Positions 58,022-64,000 of a stretch of 64,000 bases of DNA are shown here, piece by piece; position 1 is the first letter of the stretch; the number at the start of each line of letters is the position of its first letter. The position numbers and the translations under genes are program-made. The stretch comes from Vairimorpha necatrix (Eukaryota). The DNA lies in assembly GCA_036630325.1 (NCBI GenBank), contig CP142726.1, forward strand, positions 992,001 through 1,056,000, given 5' to 3'. The notes below the pieces were generated by a model. That model searched no databases. It worked only from the letters and a program-made list of their open reading frames with translations, and was not told the DNA's origin.

Positions 58022-58945
58022 TTAATTATCTTTTTTATCTTCATCTCCAAATACTCTAGGCTTTAATATTTGAAATGAACATACAAGATCTTTATTAACA
58101 TTCATTATAGCTCCGCAATTATCAAATTCTCCACAATAATTTGGTGCTGAAAATATTGTCACTAAAGATCTAGATGCAAAAAACTCATAACCATCTTCAA
58201 CTACTTGATGAGCTCTACAAATAAGATCTAAATTTTGTGTCTCAAGGAAATCTTCTACTATATCAGCGCCAAATGTAACTGACACTCCTCTGTCATTGTA
58301 CCCCCAGCCAGAAATAGCAGGCTCTGGGTCGGCCCACAATAAATCGCACAATAACCCCGAGTCTGGAATGTCAGTGGGGCGCGCTATGTTTTTTATTTGA
58401 TTTAAACTTTTCAAATCTGGCGATATTCCGCCGTGCATACATAAAATTTTAGAATCAACTAAAGCTGCTATAGGCAAATAATTAAAACATTCTGTAAATA
58501 AATTCCATAACCTAACGTCGTACCTTCTTTTACACTCGTCATAGAAGCCGTAAATTTTATTTATGCTAGCGCATTCGTGGTTTCCTCGCAGCAGAAAGAA
58601 ATTGTCAGGATATTTAATTTTGTAAGCCATGAGTAGACAAATTGTCTCAATTGACTGTTTGCCTCTGTCAACATAGTCGCCTAAAAAGAGATAATTACTA
58701 GTAGGCGGAAATCCACCATATTCAAAAAGTTTAAGAAGATCGTAATATTGGCCATGTGTGTCACCACATATTTTTATAGGAGCTTTTAATTCGAGAAAAG
58801 TCGCTTGATTTTTTATAATTTCTTGTGTGGTTTTACATAAGTAAACTATTTCCTGCTCTAATAAATTTACATTTCTTCCCATTTTACTGTTCTTTACACT
58901 AAGAAGTTTGTCTATAATTTTGTCTATGTTTATTTCGATGACCAT
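58022..58945 (-). CDS. GLC7: Ser/Thr protein phosphatase PP1 catalytic subunit
   Basis: [42 protein letters not shown]. Confidence 0.96.
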   Translation of the reverse strand: MVIEINIDKIIDKLLSVKNSKMGRNVNLLEQEIVYLCKTTQEIIKNQATFLELKAPIKICGDTHGQYYDLLKLFEYGGFPPTSNYLFLGDYVDRGKQSIETICLLMAYKIKYPDNFFLLRGNHECASINKIYGFYDECKRRYDVRLWNLFTECFNYLPIAALVDSKILCMHGGISPDLKSLNQIKNIARPTDIPDSGLLCDLLWADPEPAISGWGYNDRGVSVTFGADIVEDFLETQNLDLICRAHQVVEDGYEFFASRSLVTIFSAPNYCGEFDNCGAIMNVNKDLVCSFQILKPRVFGDEDKKDN

Positions 58946-59159
58946 CTAACAGCCCTTTTTTAAAAAAATAACAGAAAAATTAAAAAAAAACAAAAATCAA
59001 AATGAAGAAAAATAACTAAAGAAAAATAACTAAAGAAAATTAACTAATGAAATTAAATTTGTAAAATAAAAACGGAAAATTTTAACTCTAATGTATATAT
59101 TCAAGACTGTATAAAATTTTAATAAATGTAACAATATATTGTAAATTTATTAGATAATT

Positions 59160-60578
59160 TTATTTTTTATTTTTTTGAATAAAATCCAATTTCTTCTTAA
59201 TTTTCCCTTCATTCAAAATTAAATTTAATTCTTCAATTTCAAGCTTCTCGTTATTTTCTAACCTCTTTTTTAACATTTCAATATTAGAAATTTTTTGAAT
59301 TAGTTCTTCTTCTGTCTCATGTAACTTATGTTTAATCTTAGGGACTGGTGCTGTGACTTTAAAAGTAGATTTCCCTTTTAAAATAGAAGGAACATAAACT
59401 TCTTCCCGCTTCTCGACAATCTTTTCTTCTGGTTTTTTTAATATTTCAAACTTTTCAATAGGTCCAAAAACTGCAGCATCGTGTAAACATTCAAAATTTT
59501 CTGTAGCTATTAATCTACCAAAATAATCATATTTTGATACTCTATTATCTTCTTTTAAATATTTTAATGTGGATACATAATAATAACTACCTGTTGTATC
59601 CCATTCTATTTTACTAGCACCTAATTCATTGGCAGTAAAAAATTTTTCTTTTGAATTTTTTTCGAAAACTTCGACATTTCCAGCCAATTGCTCGAAACCA
59701 GCAGTAACAACGTAAGATTCCTGATGATTAAGATAAATTCGATTTCTAATGCCTTTAGGGAACTTATCTATGATATTAAATTCGTAATCAAAACATGTAA
59801 CATATGAAGGCTGATTGCCATACACAACACAGAACCCATCAGAAATAAATGTAAAATCTAAAATATTCGTCAATTTATTAACTCTTAAGAATGTATTTTT
59901 GATTGCGTCGTACAAATACAAAATTGTCGATGCAAAATATGAGTTTTTTACGTAAGAGGTCGAAAGATTCAATAATACAAAATTTTCATTAGAATTGGAC
60001 TTGCATTGAATATTTACGAGAGAATTAAATGAGCCAAATTCATTAATTCCTTCTTTATCAACTTTATACAATTTAAATTCGTCTTCGTCGTTATTATTTT
60101 TCCGTTTTGTCGTAGCTAAAATTGCAAATTCATTGAAAACAAAGAATGATTGATAATTATAAGGAGATTTATGAATTACCTCTTTTGTATTAATATCTTG
60201 AAGTATAAAATCATTGTCTGTTTCATAACCTACAAGATTGTCTGAAATATTGAAACTATTAATTTTTGATTTCGTCAAAACAAGTTGAGAATTTGAGAAG
60301 ACAAATAAATCTAAATTTCTAAGGAGGAGGCCGATCTTCGAGCCATTTTTAGACAATTTCAATTCGTGAATACTAGTTGATAACTTGCACAAACTTGAAT
60401 TTTTCAAAATAGAAGAGAGAGCTTTTAAATTTGAAAGATCAAATCTGTAAAGATCATCATTTACATTGTACACTAATATGTTGTTATTTATAACAAACTT
60501 GTCTACATTTTTTATAGTAATTTTCTTATCAAAAATATCAAGAATTAAGTCATTTGAAGAATGTGCTAGTACAGGCAT
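59160..60578 (-). CDS. Translation initiation factor eIF2A
   Basis: NSYFAST, VYGNQPS, GIRNRI, AGFEQLAGNVEVF, YVPS; C-terminal coiled segment. ATG follows CACCCCCAA. Confidence 0.82.
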   Translation of the reverse strand: MPVLAHSSNDLILDIFDKKITIKNVDKFVINNNILVYNVNDDLYRFDLSNLKALSSILKNSSLCKLSTSIHELKLSKNGSKIGLLLRNLDLFVFSNSQLVLTKSKINSFNISDNLVGYETDNDFILQDINTKEVIHKSPYNYQSFFVFNEFAILATTKRKNNNDEDEFKLYKVDKEGINEFGSFNSLVNIQCKSNSNENFVLLNLSTSYVKNSYFASTILYLYDAIKNTFLRVNKLTNILDFTFISDGFCVVYGNQPSYVTCFDYEFNIIDKFPKGIRNRIYLNHQESYVVTAGFEQLAGNVEVFEKNSKEKFFTANELGASKIEWDTTGSYYYVSTLKYLKEDNRVSKYDYFGRLIATENFECLHDAAVFGPIEKFEILKKPEEKIVEKREEVYVPSILKGKSTFKVTAPVPKIKHKLHETEEELIQKISNIEMLKKRLENNEKLEIEELNLILNEGKIKKKLDFIQKNKK

Positions 60579-63516
60579 TTGGGGGTGTAAAATTAAACAA
60601 TGTAAATTTATAAAAATACGTGACAATTTTTTCATTTTATAGATCAAACAGTTTTTTCTGTCTTTGACTTAAAAATAATTAAAATATACGTAAAAGTACT
60701 AAAAAAATGTGAAATAAATTTGGTGATAAAATTTCTTATGTTTTTTATTCATTTTTGACACTTTGATTTTTTGAATCCTTTTTTTAAGGGTTTAAAATAA
60801 GAAATAAAATTTTCAGCAAACAAAAGTTAAAATTTTCACATTGTCAAAAATATGGCAGACTTTCTGTTTTAAATCAAGTCCTCACATTTGTATATTTGTT
60901 TATTAAAAGTTAAATTTTTAAAAAACTAATTTAAGTACGTAGTACTAAAAATCAAATTAAATCAAGCTCAATTAATAACATTATAAACATTCTTTGTATG
61001 TTAATAATTACAGAAGCTAATAAAAAATAATTTTTTTTTGGTTTTAGACAAAAAGCGCAACGTAAAAATTTTACATTTTTTTGGTTAATTATAAGCTACA
61101 AAATGTAAAATTTTAAATTAAATAGTCAATTAGCATCTTTTTGCAAAAAGAAATTAGACGAAATAAGAAAATAACACAAATATACCCACAACATCGTATA
61201 ATAAGAAAGTGAAAGATCCAAGACGCATCGGCCCGAGCCCGGATTTTTTTTGAATTAAATGTGAAGACACATAAAAAAAACGACGAGTTAAATATAAAAA
61301 TTTAATAAAGAGGTCCCATATTTTAATACGAAAATTTTCAATTTTGTATCTTTTAATTTTCATAAAGCAGGAATCCTACTATCTACGATTCAATTACTAG
61401 AAAATAATGTATATTTATGAGGACCAGACCTTAGTTTTAATTGATTGATTCCTGCTTTGTTATGAATTTCACGTGATGTTTGCCGTTGTAGTAAAGACTG
61501 CTTTAGATAGATTTTTCTCATCACTATGCAAGTAAATAACTTTCAATCTCATTTTAAGAAAGGTTATCATGTTTTGAACTATACAGTTGATCCTATTTGA
61601 TTCTTTTTCCTTGTCAATATGCCTATTGTACTCCTCAAACAAGTACAATTTAAAATAATATTGGACATTATAATCGGTGTTTGACGCCTTTCCCTTCAAT
61701 TGTCAGTTAGTCTGTTCATGTTTCAATTTTTCCACCTTTATTTTTATACTTTCTGCCTTCTTTTTTTTTTGAAAAAAACATTCTCTGTGAACTCGAGATA
61801 CCAAAAACTGATACATGTGTGAGTACTTAAGTTTTAGATATCAAAACTTTCTAATCGAAATAAAATATTTAAAGTTATTTTGTACATATATATACGGAGT
61901 TGCAAAGCATGTGGCTTTTCTATAAATATTAGCCGAAAATTATTCCTTACGTGATGATTTAGGATAATATAGGAACTAATTTTCGGGGCATGAATACCAA
62001 AGAACTCCGATTAAAACCTAAATTGATTCTATATACAAACAAGATTTCTTAAAAGGACTTTAAAAAGCCAAACTATGTCAGTCAGACATGGGCTTGATAC
62101 TGATCAGGAAGGGGGTTTTGAGAGTTCACTGTGTGGATTTCAAAGGAAACCGGGAACCTTCGGAAAAGATCTTAAGCGTATCTTATGATAATTAAGTAGT
62201 AAGTAAGATGCCATATTGTACTCAAATAAAATATTTTTTTTTATCCGGGCGTATGAACGAAATTTGTATAGCCTTTTGTATAAAAATATCGAAACCTGTT
62301 TTAATTCTACATTTATTTCGTATCAATCAATATAAAAAATTTCCGTCGTTAATATTATCAAAAGAATAAAATTCTACATTTTTTTTAGTTGGAATAAAAT
62401 TATCACTAGCCAAATAATTCCCTCATTGAACCTTGACATATTTGTCTATCATCAGAAAACCTAGAAATGCAATAAAGGTAAATTATGTTCTAAAATTTTT
62501 TGCACACATGTCTTTATAATGCAAAACATACTTATTTGATTAAATTCCAGACAAATATGTGTAATTTTGACATGTTTATATGAATGTTATAAAAAATATG
62601 TACTACTTTACCGGTTGAATACTGATTATAAATGTAAAAAAATAAAACATTTTGCAACAGACCATCGCATTTTTTTCAATCATAAAACTTAGGCATTATG
62701 ACGACCTAACATGCCACCAGTAGTTAGAAATCTATTTTGTATTTATAAAAAGACTAAATAAAGCTACTTGTACCGGCTTGCTATAAATTAGATCTAGAAA
62801 AAAAAAATACCCACAAAACAAATTTACTTTGATACGAAGAGTGAGTTAGAAATGAGATTTATGATTTAAAATAATAATGAATGACACCAAAATTTGTTTA
62901 TAGTAAGTTATAGGTTGTACAGATATACTTTTGAACATGTTATAATTTTATTAATTCTTTTTTGAATGTATATGTATAAAAATATGAGATTTTTATGAAT
63001 CAAAAATAAGCTCAAGTCGGGAGAATAGATTGCGCCCTTGAAATATACTACATTATAGGTTTTAAAGTTATTATAAGGGCAAAAAAAGTTCAGATATAAT
63101 TTTTATTAAAATATATAAATTTGATGACCGCAAAAACTTTAATTGTTCCGTACAAATGCTAGAGTTCGTCTGATTATTGAATCTAGACCAGCCGGGTTCA
63201 TACGATTTCTTATCAAAATAATTTTACAAACAAGTCTCCCGCAACTTATACGACAATTAAATTCCAAAGAGTTGCTAACCCTTCTTCTGACTTATAGGCA
63301 TTTCTAACCAATCTAGCCTTCTAAGCTTAATTTTTGCTTCTTAAACTTTTGACTAGAAGGAGCTGAACTTTTGTTCCCTTTACATTGAATTCTAAGCTGT
63401 TAAGATCCATGTACATGCCCCATTTATAATTAATTATAACTGCACTTTACATAATGACAGGAAACACAAAACCGTCGACTTGAAAAATTGCAGTTTGTTT
63501 ATTTGTTGATAATTTA

Positions 63517-64000
63517 TCAATTATTGTACATTTCATTCAACTCTTCATAGATCTCTACAACAAATGATGATTTTATAGCCAAGTGAGTTAAAATACTATA
63601 TATTGAGTTTAGAATTGTTTCTACTTCAGTTTTTATGAAAAAATTTTCATATTTATACAGTATCAACTCGTTTATCATATTTTCCAAAGTTTCTATTATT
63701 GGAATATATTTAAATAGAGAAAATATTTCAATATTGTAATTGTGAATTTTAATTCTATGAGAATTTGGTAATTTATGTTTTGGAAAATTTGCCTTCATAT
63801 CGTAGACTTCAAGAAAAATTTGTAACGTCTTTATAAGTTCATAAATTATATTCTTAATTTCTATAGGAGCTTCGGATTTTATTATCATTTGTATAACATT
63901 TGGCAGTTTTCGTTTATTTATTTGAAACTTATTTTGCTTTTTTATTTCTCTAATTGCTCTGTAATATGCCACTGCACATTCATCGATCCTTGACGGTTTT
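63517..64000 (-). CDS. Hypothetical protein, 3' part (5' end outside the window)
   Basis: The reading frame stays open from the window edge to the stop at 63517. Confidence 0.6.
   Translation of the reverse strand, partial: KPSRIDECAVAYYRAIREIKKQNKFQINKRKLPNVIQMIIKSEAPIEIKNIIYELIKTLQIFLEVYDMKANFPKHKLPNSHRIKIHNYNIEIFSLFKYIPIIETLENMINELILYKYENFFIKTEVETILNSIYSILTHLAIKSSFVVEIYEELNEMYNN

Overview
Very AT-rich, gene-dense eukaryotic DNA with no introns that I could see. Short intergenic spacers, CCC/GGG motifs just before start codons and highly divergent housekeeping proteins point to a microsporidian, probably Nosema/Vairimorpha-like (inference). Two housekeeping blocks are present. The first (about 6.2-21.6 kb) holds an inositol 5-phosphatase, AlaRS, an R-SNARE, Mei2-like, Dcp1, a CDK9/Bur1-like kinase, Nhp2, eIF2-alpha, tRNA-Leu, Utp14 and SF3B1. 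The second (about 42.3-60.6 kb) holds CPSF160, EPT/CPT, AsnRS, Pam16, an LSm, a VAP, Air1/2, PP1 and eIF2A. They alternate with repeat-rich accessory regions. Highlights: (1) a complete 1.79-kb Ty3/gypsy-type element with identical 56-bp LTRs, PBS, PPT and a 5-bp TSD, encoding Gag-protease and integrase but no RT/RNase H; (2) a head-to-tail array of four ~520-bp non-autonomous Helitron-like units; (3) a GC-rich, tRNA-headed, A-tailed SINE-like element; (4) six Merlin (IS1595/ISXO2-like) elements or derivatives, one inserted in a secreted-protein paralogue and one carrying a nested solo LTR; (5) three members of a ~700-aa secreted protein family, two of them pseudogenised. Gene calls rest on motifs recognised by eye; no database search was run.
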